Shown: piece by piece, positions 13,396 to 23,523 of the stretch
How the letters are laid out: every line of letters begins with the position of its first letter
Numbering within the stretch: position 1 is the stretch's first letter
Source of the DNA: Oopsacas minuta
Taxonomy: Eukaryota; Animalia; Porifera
Direction: 5' to 3'
Assembly (NCBI GenBank): GCA_024704765.1
Contig: JAKMXF010000348.1
Coordinates: forward strand, 3,401-67,400
Length of the DNA: 64,000 bases
Position numbers and translations under genes: made by a program
Notes under the pieces: generated by a model
Seen by the model: the letters and a program-made list of their open reading frames with translations, nothing else
Databases searched by the model: none
Told to the model about the DNA's origin: nothing

Positions 13396-16300
13396 ATGAA
13401 TTGTAGCGGATGTAATAGAAAACTATTGTCATTAGATGACGTCTGTTTTTTCATGCTAAGTCCTAAAGAAATACATTTCATAGTCAAGACTGAACGTCAA
13501 ATATTCGCACAGGATAAGTTGAGGAGTGATTGGGATTCTAAAAGAGGCACTAAAGTAACATGTATGTTCTGTGACTATGTAGTAGGTAAGAATATCCCTA
13601 TTGGTCCGAATAACATGAATGTAATTGCGTTTGGAACAGAGAAAGTTCGTTTATTCAACCAACCAAAGACAAGAATTGATAAATGGCCGAATTTTTATAA
13701 TATCTCCCCTTACAATTCAATCGAACAACGAACAATGCAAAATTTCTTTTGTCGCAATTATTGTTCACATACGAATAAAATTCTTAATCTACAATCAGGC
13801 AACAAATGGAAAATACATTACCCAAATATTGACAATATACAAGAATTCAATTTTACTGACATTTTACTGTCAAATATTATACCAAGGGAATATCAAATAA
13901 CTTGCTATATAGAAGCATTACAACGTGATCTGGTTATAGTGCTACCTACAGGGTCTGGTAAGACATTAATCGCGTCATTAGTTGCCGGTAAAATGAAGCA
14001 ATTAAATCCAAACTACATGGTGTTGTTCATTGTAGATCGTATACCGTTAGTTTTTCAACAGGGTGAAGCGCTTCGGCTTGACACTCATTTAAATGTGTGT
14101 TGTCTGTGTAGCGAGACCAGGACAGAGTTTATACTTAGAAAATTACGAGAGGGACATTATGATATTCTCGTATCAACCGCTGGAGCCTTTCTTAACCTCA
14201 TGGACTGTAATGAACTGAGTATTAATGCGTTTTGTCTAGTTATATTGGATGAGTGCCATCATGCAACAGGACAGCATGATTATGTGAGAATACTTGAGAG
14301 AATAAAGGTATGTTCTCCTCAGTATAAACCAAGGATAATAGGATTAACTGCTTCCCCACTATCTGCTAAAACCGATCTCTCTACTACAGTAAAACTCCTG
14401 AATGATTTTAAACAGCTGTTTTCTAATGCTCCTATCTGTCACAATATTAATCTTGCTGGTTATAAATTCGCTAACCAAAAGATTGAACTTATTACAGTTC
14501 CTAATAACGACTGGGCATTTCAATCGTACACACAAGCACTGTTAGATGAAATGCATAATGTAGCTGACGTAATTAATTGTATACGAGGTGAGAATATTAT
14601 TAAGAAAGAACCATGGAATGAACCTTACTCTATGCTACGTTTAAAGAAAGCTTGTGCCATTATACTCAGATTCTTTGATAGGGGTTTGAATGAACAAGTT
14701 CAGCTAATGAAATGCTATATTTCTGCGTTAGAAATCGCAGAATTGGTTGGGGTTTCTTATGCGAATAAAGTTCTCAATAATACACCACTGTGTGGAAAGA
14801 TACAATCTAGCTCTATACTATCGCCGCGACTTAACAAACTCTTAAAATTACTCTTGGAATACCCCAGAACATCTAAAATCATAATATTCGTACACACCAG
14901 ACAAGCCGGTGAGATCTTAACACGAATTCTGCAGGACAACAATGAAATATCTGATCGATTCTCTCCTCTGAAAATATTCGGACATGGTGGAGTTCTAGGG
15001 ATGAGTTGGGATGAAGAACAAGCTGAAATAATACAAAATTTCCGAAGTGGGAATTGTAACCTACTTGTCAGTACTTCTGTATTAGAGGAGGGATTAGACG
15101 TACCAGCCTGTGACGTAGTTATAAGGTTTGATGGAATTAAATCTCTTATTTCATTCGCACAAAGCAAAGGACGAGCACGTAAACTTGAAAATAGTAAATT
15201 CGTATTGATTCTCTCTCCAAGACAGAAATTGAAATATGATGAAATAAAACAAAGAGAAATAGTACTGAAACAAGCTTTGAATCAAATTGATTCCAGAAAT
15301 GCTGTAATGATTCCATCTACGAAAACTCTGATTATACAAAACAAAATATCTTCAAATCAGAGAAATATAGAAATCCCAGAGTATTATTTCGCTAGATTTG
15401 AGTGTGCGATTGAATTCTACATTAGTGGTGTCCATGATCAGAACGACATATTAGAAGGTTTGAATTGTATTTTGAGTAATGAATGTTTCCTCACGATTAA
15501 ACGGATCGACGTTGTAGATGCTGATGCACTTTGGAAACAAAGAGGTATTTTTTCGAAAGAAGACTGTTTGATTATTTGTGGCGTTCGTTCTCGTGACGTA
15601 ATACAATCTTACCGTTTGTTGAGTACTAAATGGGATTTTTATATACAAAGTATTGAAGATCAGCCATTTGTATGGACAAAGCTTGAAATTCATACAAAGC
15701 AAAGTTTGAATAATTTTTGTACTTGGCCAGTATCGAGTATGCTATGGGGTTCATTTCTTGATAAAACAACTGTCTCTATAACAGAGAGATCTGCTACTGA
15801 CGCTTCGTTAAGAATTGTTCCTAAACACTCACTCATAATATCTTTACCAGAAAGCGAGATTGAAATTGAAATAAATTTTATTATAATTCATCATTTTTTA
15901 CTCGCTTCATGGCAAGATAAGTATGTTAGCCTATTTATACCATTGTCCAGCTGTCCTATCGTACGTATGAAAGATATAGATGATTTTACGACTAGATTGA
16001 CATGTGACAACTGTCAGATTCTAAAGGTATTTGCTCAACATCCTGTCCTAGCTGTTACCTTACCATATACTGCATCTAATTGGATACAACTTTGGTCTAC
16101 ATTACATAGCTCTAGCTTATTTCCAGTACCGTTATTTGACTCGAAGATCCAAATTATGGAAACAAATTTCTTTAACCCATTTATACCACCGCTGGTCGAT
16201 TCGAATTATTGTGATAGAAAGCAGACAGAAGACTGTCTATGGTTATTATCTGTATTAAAATGTACACGTAGTGTGTGTTTAACCCGACATACAATTGATA

Positions 16301-19300
16301 TGATATTTCTATTTATTTCTCAATCAAATTCTCTTCAAAACTTACTTGCTATATCAGTTACACTCTCGAAATTGATTACTTTGTGTTCTACAGCGACTAC
16401 AAACTATTTCTTTGATATTTTGGGCTATTTTAATACAGAAATGGAGAGTATTCAGGGATTAGAACTTCAAGTAATACAACCACCGATCAATTACCGTTCT
16501 ATTGAATATGCAATGGTGACTCCATCAACCGTAATATGTCATACTCCCATCACAGTACAGTGTAGTAGATTGTATAGGAATTTTCCTGATGTTCGTTTCT
16601 TATTAGTTGCATTCAGAGATGAACAGAATCAAATCCTTCACAATAGAGACGTGCTAGGACGTGTAAGAGAAGTTTTAGTGGAAGGATTCGAGATTAATGG
16701 AGATCGTTTCTATTTTCTGTTATCAAACCCGAGTCAATTGAGGGAACATCGTGCTGTTTTTATACAAATACTGGATAGAGATTCGCCTGTTTGTGTGCTT
16801 AATGAAATTCGTAGGAAAATTCTAGGCACGACAGTTATTCGTGATGAGATAAAGTTTTTATCTCGTCTAGGCCTATTCTCTACTTCAGACATTCCAATGC
16901 TCCAAATTCCACAGAGTTCTGTTGGAGAGATTAACGATATAAGAGCTGATAACAATCAACTTTTGACTGACGGGAGTGGAAAGATATGTTATAATCTAAG
17001 TCATGAAATTTCTGCGAAACTTGGTTTTACCTTCCAGCGCAATCTTTCAGCTCTCCAAATACGTTTAGCTGGTTACAAGGGTGTCTTAACAGTAGCCAAT
17101 AGAGATGATCCAGACTTTTCTAGCATTAACTTACGTAAATATAAGATACTTGTCCGGCCATCTATGAAAAAGATGGAATGGACAGATTCTAGTCTTAACA
17201 TTGTAAGTTTGCCTACCTACGAGCCTTTCTTTATTAACCTATCTTTCATTAATCTAATTTCCAGTTTGAGTGATCCTTTAAGTCAATGGAATCCTGAACC
17301 TGTTATCAGAGAATTACATACTAAAGCATTAATGGATTATGGTCAAATTTTGGCTGATACAAAGTTGGCTAATCAATCGCTATCAATGCATCTTTTGAAT
17401 TACTCAATGAATATCAGTGAATATTTCGATGTTAGAACAGAGCCTTATTTCTTATCGTTATTACGTTGTATCTACCGATTTAATGTAAATAATTTGGTTA
17501 CGAAAGCTCGTATTCCTCTTGATAACGGTGGTCTATTCATGGGTATACCAGATCCTATTGGTGTACTTGATGATGGAGAGATATTTATTCAATACGAGAG
17601 AGATGGTGAGTCAAATACACAAATAATTGAAGGCCCCGTTATATTGTACAAACACCCTTGCCTCCATCCAGGAGACCTACTGTCTCCTATCGCAGTAGAA
17701 AAGAGAGAGTTGATTCATCTTAAAAATGTAATCGTGTTTCCTATCCGAGGTAGGATATCTCTGCCTGCATCTACTAGCGGTGGTGACCTTGACGGAGATT
17801 TGTTTGCAGTTATTTGGGAATCTGGTCTAATTCCGCCTCAGTATTCACTACACCCAGCTTTGAACTATGAAGAAATAGCTGAAAAAGGACATGCACTACA
17901 ACTAACGCTACAAGAACAGAAAATCCCATTATTAGAAGACAATGATAATACACAACAGAGACTGTCTACTGCATATTGTCGTGTTATTTCTAATGATTCA
18001 CTCGGGAAAATAGCTAATCTACATCTAGCGTTATGTGACCAGTTAGAAGATGGAGCTTGTAATCCATTAGCTATATCTGTTGCAGAATCACAGTCGATAG
18101 CTGTAGACTATCCTAAAACAGGCGTGGCACCTGTGATACCACAAGAAGCTGTTGGAATGTTGAGAGATAAAGGTTTTCCAGACTTCATGGAGAAAGACGG
18201 AGCGCAGTCTTATCCATCTACAAAACTATTAGGTGAACTGTATCGTAGTGCTAAGTCAGTATGTTACGCTGGAGAAGAAAATCCCTCCCATATTCATAGC
18301 ACAGTTGATATTAATAGAAATCCATTACATGACATTTCCACCCACTATCTCTATGTACCAGGTAGTGAGTGCTATATTGACGAAGCAAGAGCTACGTATA
18401 GCATATACGCCAATGCCATGCAACAAATAATGACGTCATTCGGGCTCGAAACTGAGGCAGAGACTGTGCTGGGCTTAATCATAAAATGTCATCCAATGTT
18501 ATCAGCTGATAAGAGAAAAACTAAGAAAGCATTGAACGCAGTCATACAAGCACTTTTTGAACAATTCCGTGATATTTTCTTCCAAGGAATTTCTACAAGA
18601 GATTCTATTGAATGTTCTAAGAAGGTATTTGCTTGGTATTACATCACTCACGCTCAGAGTTATGATACTATGGTTTTCTACTCATTTCCTTGGATAATGA
18701 ATGAATATTTATGTAATATTTCTAGTAAAAAGAGAAGATTTGAGTCTGAATCAAATGCTATTCTTGGTAGAACTGCTAGGGAATATCTCTCCAAAAACTC
18801 TGACTATATCAGAACGAATGTAGAATCTAAACTATCCACTTTCCCAATGGTCGAATCTTCCATCAGAAACTACATTGCTTCAACAATTACTAATAATCCA
18901 TACAGTGTTCCTATATTTAATATAACTTGTTTCGGTTCTGTTTCACTCTTCCTTTGTGAACCACAATCTGATTTAGATATCTCCGTCAACCCAACGCCCC
19001 TTTGTTATAACTATATATTCCCTTCCCCAGCTGACAGACAGGAATTTGAATTATTAAACATACACAAACAGATAAAACATATTCTAATGACTTTAGTATC
19101 ACCTGCAATTGATAGTATTTCCCATAGTAAGATGGAGAAATACACTGCACAAGTTCCTATAATCGCTATTACAGTCGATTCCCCATTAGACGCGAATAAT
19201 CAAGTTGATATTGATATTACTATTGGAAGTGATGGAGTACAGAAATGCGAGTATATAATGCAACTATACTGTGAGACAGGTGGCGTATTCTATGGTTGGC

Positions 19301-21189
19301 TTTGGATTTTAGTACACTGGGCTAGACATGTGGGAATATTGAAGTGTCAAACTTCAGTTGAGAATACTGGGATTATTGTAACAGCTGAGTTTGAGGCTCT
19401 AGCATTGTATATCTACGATAAGATGTCCAATAAGTCCCAGGATAATTGTATTCAAATGAGTGAGCTATCATGCAGTTTCCTACTGGACAAATTAATGAGA
19501 TCTGATATTGACTCAATATTGGGTTCAATGCTGGTGGAATTCTTCTGGCTTGGGATGAAGCTAACCTCCAAACAAGATTCCATTGTTTATGAATGGCCAA
19601 TTGAAGGTAAGCCAACACACACAATAGATGGGACTAATTTGAAGAAAATATCCTTTTTACTGTTTCAAGCCTGGCACTGTATAGTGTACACACGTGACTT
19701 AGCCAAGATATTCGAGCGAAATGATATACCATTAAAACTGAATAAACGCCTGTCATATAAAGTTAGCAATCGTATCAGAGCTTCTTGTCATTTCCATGAA
19801 TTACGTCTAACATCACTGACAGGCGCAATTATACATATTGAGGATTTGGGTAGACATGTGTTGATAACATCTCAAGGATCTGCCAGCTCTATCCATAAGC
19901 TCTCCATCGAATTAGCCAAACTAGAGAAAATTACTTCACTCACGAAAAAATACGCATTTAATGCGAATAAATACATCCTAGAAGATAGCTTTATTATAAT
20001 CTTCGTCAATCAATCATATAATATTCGAGTTAAACTTTTCCCCTTCACAAGTGCTTGTTTCAAGTTGTATGACACTCACAATGAACGTAGTCATGTAGTC
20101 TATGCATGTGAGACGGTAGATACTGCCTGGAAGCAGCAAGCTATTTCTAGATTGCAGTTTTTACTATTGGATCAGCTGGCCAAATTTCCTGTTACTAACA
20201 AGAAACTATTGGGAAGACTCAGATTTAAAACTCGATTTGGGTTTTTCTATGTTTTAGGTTCGAATGATTCTTTTCAATTATATGGTAATTGTATGTATTT
20301 ACAGGATTTTGAGCATTATTTGAAAAAGTCGTTACGATACAGGCGACAAATTTTTCGCGAATTCTTACCAATTAAAACTACTGATGATAATGAAAATTCT
20401 CTAGATAAAAAAACAACTCTATCTTCATTTCGTAATTCAGAAGAAACGCTTAGAGAAACTGTGGAGAAGAAAAGGAAGAATTATCCAAGTTGTTCATTCT
20501 GTCCAGGACTTCAAGAAATTACAAACTCTAATGATTACAACGTTTGTCAATCTATTTACACAACTGCTCTTGAACAGTGCGGGTTTATTACTTGTGAACA
20601 ATCAAAATCTTACACATGGATGATGGATATAAGAGTTACGAAGAGTTTTGACATTAGAATTAAACTAGATGATAGAATGAATATTTTTGCTATCAACGAG
20701 CGTCCGTTAGTATGGATGGTAGCAACTATAATAGCAGATAGGAATGTAGCTGATAAAGATGATAAGTTACATGACATCAGACTACGAATGGATACGACTG
20801 AGGATGTAGATCCTGGTTCTAACTTGTATAAATTTGTTTTTCCGAACGGCATTAAAGGCCCATTACTTACTGTCGGTCTGGATGGTATTCCAATTCCTTG
20901 TGGTGATTTAAAAGGCCGCTTGAAGATCATACGTCATAAAGTAAGATATATTTACTATAAACGAGGTTCTGTTATAGCTAAGATTACTATTGGTACTGAG
21001 TATAGCGGGAAAATGTCTCAATTCGGTAGGAAATTCTGTGAATTGTCATTATTGAATAATGAACATGAGTTAAGACAGGCTGTTGCAGGTGGGAATAATA
21101 GCAATGATATATTGAGAATAGCTGAAAATGCTGTGAATATATCGCTGGAAATATCCAAGGCTTTGGTAGCTAATCAATCACATTTGTAA
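13396..21189 (+). CDS. multidomain RNAi-type protein: RLR-CTD-like Zn domain + RIG-I/Dicer-type DExD/H helicase + RDR-type RdRP + Cid1/TUTase-like nucleotidyltransferase + KH-like segment + unknown C-terminal domain; single exon, about 2597 aa
   Basis: First ATG at 13396 (the ORF track starts at an upstream TTG). Helicase motifs PREYQ (13882), LPTGSGKT (about 13942-13965), DECHH (14248), GLTASP (14341), STSVLEEGLDV (about 15070), QSKGRAR (15160). RdRP motifs TDGSGKI, QIRLAGYKG, RPSMKK, KHPCLHPGD, GGDLDGD (DLDGD 17785-17799), AVDYPKTG. NTase motifs FGS (18931)...SDLDI (Asp 18970, 18976), VPII, IDIT (Asp 19213), VHWAR, LGSMLVEFF. Confidence 0.95.
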   Translation: MNCSGCNRKLLSLDDVCFFMLSPKEIHFIVKTERQIFAQDKLRSDWDSKRGTKVTCMFCDYVVGKNIPIGPNNMNVIAFGTEKVRLFNQPKTRIDKWPNFYNISPYNSIEQRTMQNFFCRNYCSHTNKILNLQSGNKWKIHYPNIDNIQEFNFTDILLSNIIPREYQITCYIEALQRDLVIVLPTGSGKTLIASLVAGKMKQLNPNYMVLFIVDRIPLVFQQGEALRLDTHLNVCCLCSETRTEFILRKLREGHYDILVSTAGAFLNLMDCNELSINAFCLVILDECHHATGQHDYVRILERIKVCSPQYKPRIIGLTASPLSAKTDLSTTVKLLNDFKQLFSNAPICHNINLAGYKFANQKIELITVPNNDWAFQSYTQALLDEMHNVADVINCIRGENIIKKEPWNEPYSMLRLKKACAIILRFFDRGLNEQVQLMKCYISALEIAELVGVSYANKVLNNTPLCGKIQSSSILSPRLNKLLKLLLEYPRTSKIIIFVHTRQAGEILTRILQDNNEISDRFSPLKIFGHGGVLGMSWDEEQAEIIQNFRSGNCNLLVSTSVLEEGLDVPACDVVIRFDGIKSLISFAQSKGRARKLENSKFVLILSPRQKLKYDEIKQREIVLKQALNQIDSRNAVMIPSTKTLIIQNKISSNQRNIEIPEYYFARFECAIEFYISGVHDQNDILEGLNCILSNECFLTIKRIDVVDADALWKQRGIFSKEDCLIICGVRSRDVIQSYRLLSTKWDFYIQSIEDQPFVWTKLEIHTKQSLNNFCTWPVSSMLWGSFLDKTTVSITERSATDASLRIVPKHSLIISLPESEIEIEINFIIIHHFLLASWQDKYVSLFIPLSSCPIVRMKDIDDFTTRLTCDNCQILKVFAQHPVLAVTLPYTASNWIQLWSTLHSSSLFPVPLFDSKIQIMETNFFNPFIPPLVDSNYCDRKQTEDCLWLLSVLKCTRSVCLTRHTIDMIFLFISQSNSLQNLLAISVTLSKLITLCSTATTNYFFDILGYFNTEMESIQGLELQVIQPPINYRSIEYAMVTPSTVICHTPITVQCSRLYRNFPDVRFLLVAFRDEQNQILHNRDVLGRVREVLVEGFEINGDRFYFLLSNPSQLREHRAVFIQILDRDSPVCVLNEIRRKILGTTVIRDEIKFLSRLGLFSTSDIPMLQIPQSSVGEINDIRADNNQLLTDGSGKICYNLSHEISAKLGFTFQRNLSALQIRLAGYKGVLTVANRDDPDFSSINLRKYKILVRPSMKKMEWTDSSLNIVSLPTYEPFFINLSFINLISSLSDPLSQWNPEPVIRELHTKALMDYGQILADTKLANQSLSMHLLNYSMNISEYFDVRTEPYFLSLLRCIYRFNVNNLVTKARIPLDNGGLFMGIPDPIGVLDDGEIFIQYERDGESNTQIIEGPVILYKHPCLHPGDLLSPIAVEKRELIHLKNVIVFPIRGRISLPASTSGGDLDGDLFAVIWESGLIPPQYSLHPALNYEEIAEKGHALQLTLQEQKIPLLEDNDNTQQRLSTAYCRVISNDSLGKIANLHLALCDQLEDGACNPLAISVAESQSIAVDYPKTGVAPVIPQEAVGMLRDKGFPDFMEKDGAQSYPSTKLLGELYRSAKSVCYAGEENPSHIHSTVDINRNPLHDISTHYLYVPGSECYIDEARATYSIYANAMQQIMTSFGLETEAETVLGLIIKCHPMLSADKRKTKKALNAVIQALFEQFRDIFFQGISTRDSIECSKKVFAWYYITHAQSYDTMVFYSFPWIMNEYLCNISSKKRRFESESNAILGRTAREYLSKNSDYIRTNVESKLSTFPMVESSIRNYIASTITNNPYSVPIFNITCFGSVSLFLCEPQSDLDISVNPTPLCYNYIFPSPADRQEFELLNIHKQIKHILMTLVSPAIDSISHSKMEKYTAQVPIIAITVDSPLDANNQVDIDITIGSDGVQKCEYIMQLYCETGGVFYGWLWILVHWARHVGILKCQTSVENTGIIVTAEFEALALYIYDKMSNKSQDNCIQMSELSCSFLLDKLMRSDIDSILGSMLVEFFWLGMKLTSKQDSIVYEWPIEGKPTHTIDGTNLKKISFLLFQAWHCIVYTRDLAKIFERNDIPLKLNKRLSYKVSNRIRASCHFHELRLTSLTGAIIHIEDLGRHVLITSQGSASSIHKLSIELAKLEKITSLTKKYAFNANKYILEDSFIIIFVNQSYNIRVKLFPFTSACFKLYDTHNERSHVVYACETVDTAWKQQAISRLQFLLLDQLAKFPVTNKKLLGRLRFKTRFGFFYVLGSNDSFQLYGNCMYLQDFEHYLKKSLRYRRQIFREFLPIKTTDDNENSLDKKTTLSSFRNSEETLRETVEKKRKNYPSCSFCPGLQEITNSNDYNVCQSIYTTALEQCGFITCEQSKSYTWMMDIRVTKSFDIRIKLDDRMNIFAINERPLVWMVATIIADRNVADKDDKLHDIRLRMDTTEDVDPGSNLYKFVFPNGIKGPLLTVGLDGIPIPCGDLKGRLKIIRHKVRYIYYKRGSVIAKITIGTEYSGKMSQFGRKFCELSLLNNEHELRQAVAGGNNSNDILRIAENAVNISLEISKALVANQSHL

Positions 21190-22027
21190 TTACTCATTAA
21201 CTTATATTTGTATTGTTTACTGATCATTTATATAATTTTCTATGTATTTAGTTTCATTTGTTTATGTTTTTGTTTTGGTTCATGTATATTAATATTTCTT
21301 TGTTTAATGTAGGAATATATATCTATATAGTAGACTCCGCTTATTATTGTCACATCGGATAAGGAAAATACTTCAAAAGAACAACTTTTATTTACAAACA
21401 AAGTTTAAAGTAACTAGTCATTTGTTGTAATTAATACTATCGCGTTTCTCTTTGTCGCGCTGCGCGGCTTGCGAACATTTTGTGTTTGCATGGGCCAGGT
21501 ACTTCGTGTCTCGAGTTGAGCAAAGTATAAAGTAGCAATATATTCACAATACCTTGGTGGTAAATTCATATTAGTAATCAGCGTTCCAGATTACCCCAGT
21601 ATAACGGTTGATAGCAAGTTTCTAGGATTAATTAGAAAATAGTTTACTTTATATTCATGAAAACAATAAATAATTTACATAAAAAGAAACTTGAATATGC
21701 GAAGTTCGGATTTAATGTACTTGATTAGCCCGATATGTCAGTTGAGAACAAGTCTGAGTATATTTCGAGATATCAACAATTTGTTCACTTTAATTCATAA
21801 AACAACAATAAATTTACATATGATTAATTCCAAAGTGTGAAATAAAAAATCAACATACTCGATTATCCCAATGTAATTGTTTACTTTTCTTATATCGTCA
21901 ACAGAAGGATATGTTATTCCCTATATTATATACGCAGATCATCTTCCCCAGTTATTACAATACAAAGTGGACAAACAAATAAACACAAACACACACCCCA
22001 CAATATTTGAGTTTTAATAATATATTT

Positions 22028-22310
22028 TAACGAATAGGGTATTTGTTCTTTCAATTAGAATCTCTGAATAGACACAACAGAGAATACTGGATTCAGATTC
22101 AGCTTGAAATTCGAAACTAGGAACAAAAGATAAGAACTTTTAATATAGAACCATAACATTATATTTTGAATTAGATATAAGTAAGAGACGTTTAGTATAA
22201 TAATTGCTTACTAAAACTTTACAAATCTTTCATACAAAAAACTTACAGGTAAGTTGGCCTCTGTGCTTTTGTGTCTACCCGACACAATATAATATAATAG
22301 AGATTGTGTA
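22028..22310 (+). repeat. left arm of an approximately 280-bp inverted repeat pair
   Basis: Near-identical reverse complement of 26013-26291 (for example ggattcagattcagcttgaaattcgaaactagg versus cctagtttcgaatttcaagctgaatctgaatcc). Confidence 0.9.
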
Positions 22311-23523
22311 CTATCGGTCGTGATGGTTTGGAACTGTGGCTCTTGATTAAATCCCCTATTCTCTACAGTCTCCACTCCCTTTATGATGTACACTAGTGCT
22401 GCTAAATACTCATTATCCTATAAAAATAACTAATAAATTGAGAAATGAATTCTATTACTGATGGCGGATCTAATACCTAATTTCAGTACTTTGGTTTTGT
22501 AAAGGTAATGAGGTACAAATAATTGGCCATTAGATATATGCTATATATTATTTGGCGTCCTCTTTGGCCAATGAACGAAATGAGTTGAGCATCCTGTTTG
22601 ATAAAGCGCAAAAATATAAACACTTGTATTGGGTAAGTACTAATTATCTAATTGAACTAGATTATGTTTAAGTAATCTAAAGATTTTTTAACTACCTATA
22701 CCCTAATTTCTTTTGCCGTATATAGTGTTAAGTTGGCCTCTAAAGGAATCTAAGTCCATCATGCATAGTAGCTTTTCATGAATTGCGTATGGTGTTATGT
22801 TGAGTACAAAATACCGCATTGTATATTTAAGATTATTTCAATATAGCCCGTTTTTAAGTGAAATTTATGGCTAATACGATATCTACCCACCACAGTTTGT
22901 GCAATAGTGCTCAGTTCTTTATTACTCACTGATATAACTTCAATTGCCCTAAAATTTAAATGGAGATCGTGTTCAATACTCTGGTCTCACTTTGGATCCG
23001 TGAGACTTTACATCTATGTTATTGCTTGTTTATTTATCACTAAACAATCTTGGTTCATGACCAGCAATTGGAGGAGTGTAAAAGTTGGGATCTATACAGT
23101 CGTGTATTGCATGACTGTAATCAGGGCCATCGGATGTGGGGCGGTCTTGGCCCCCTTACTTTTTGTATGACATAATGTTAGTTCTATGGGTCATGAGTCA
23201 GCATAGCCGCCCCCACTTTATATTACTATTAACATGGGCTTCCTACGACCATGACTCTAACATGCTCGAGTGTAGAAATTGGCTACTATTAACACTGAAG
23301 AGAATAAATGAAAGCCTTCCAACTAATTAATTGAATTATCAGATTTCTATCTAGTTGAATAAGATGGGAAATTCGTAACCAGCTAATAGTGCGTATGCGT
23401 GATATATGGCTTTCGTTATTCAATAGGTTCTGAACAAAGGGTATATATTCCAATCTTTAGACATTAGTAGGAACTGCGCCATATAATTCATAATACTAAA
23501 TTCTGGTTATACACGATTTACTA

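Noticed and set aside
16500-18300. Viral RdRP / endogenous RNA virus
   Set aside because: The motifs (DLDGD, KHPCLHPGD, QIRLAGYKG) belong to the cellular double-psi-barrel RdRP family, not the viral palm-domain GDD type.
13251-20930. Short ORFs overlapping the large gene (13251, 13625, 14757, 15151, 15451, 16734, 18233, 19373, 20610)
   Set aside because: Antisense or alternate-frame shadows with no recognisable motifs.
13396-21189. Calling the large ORF Dicer or a canonical RIG-I/MDA5
   Set aside because: No RNase III signature, PAZ or CARD is visible; the helicase is followed by an RdRP instead.
21440-21560. GC-rich CGCGCT/CTTCGTG(T/C)CTCG motifs (also about 26390 and 41035) as a Helitron-type terminus
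   Set aside because: The recurrent motif suggests a repeat family, but I could not define ends or a hairpin-CTAG terminus.
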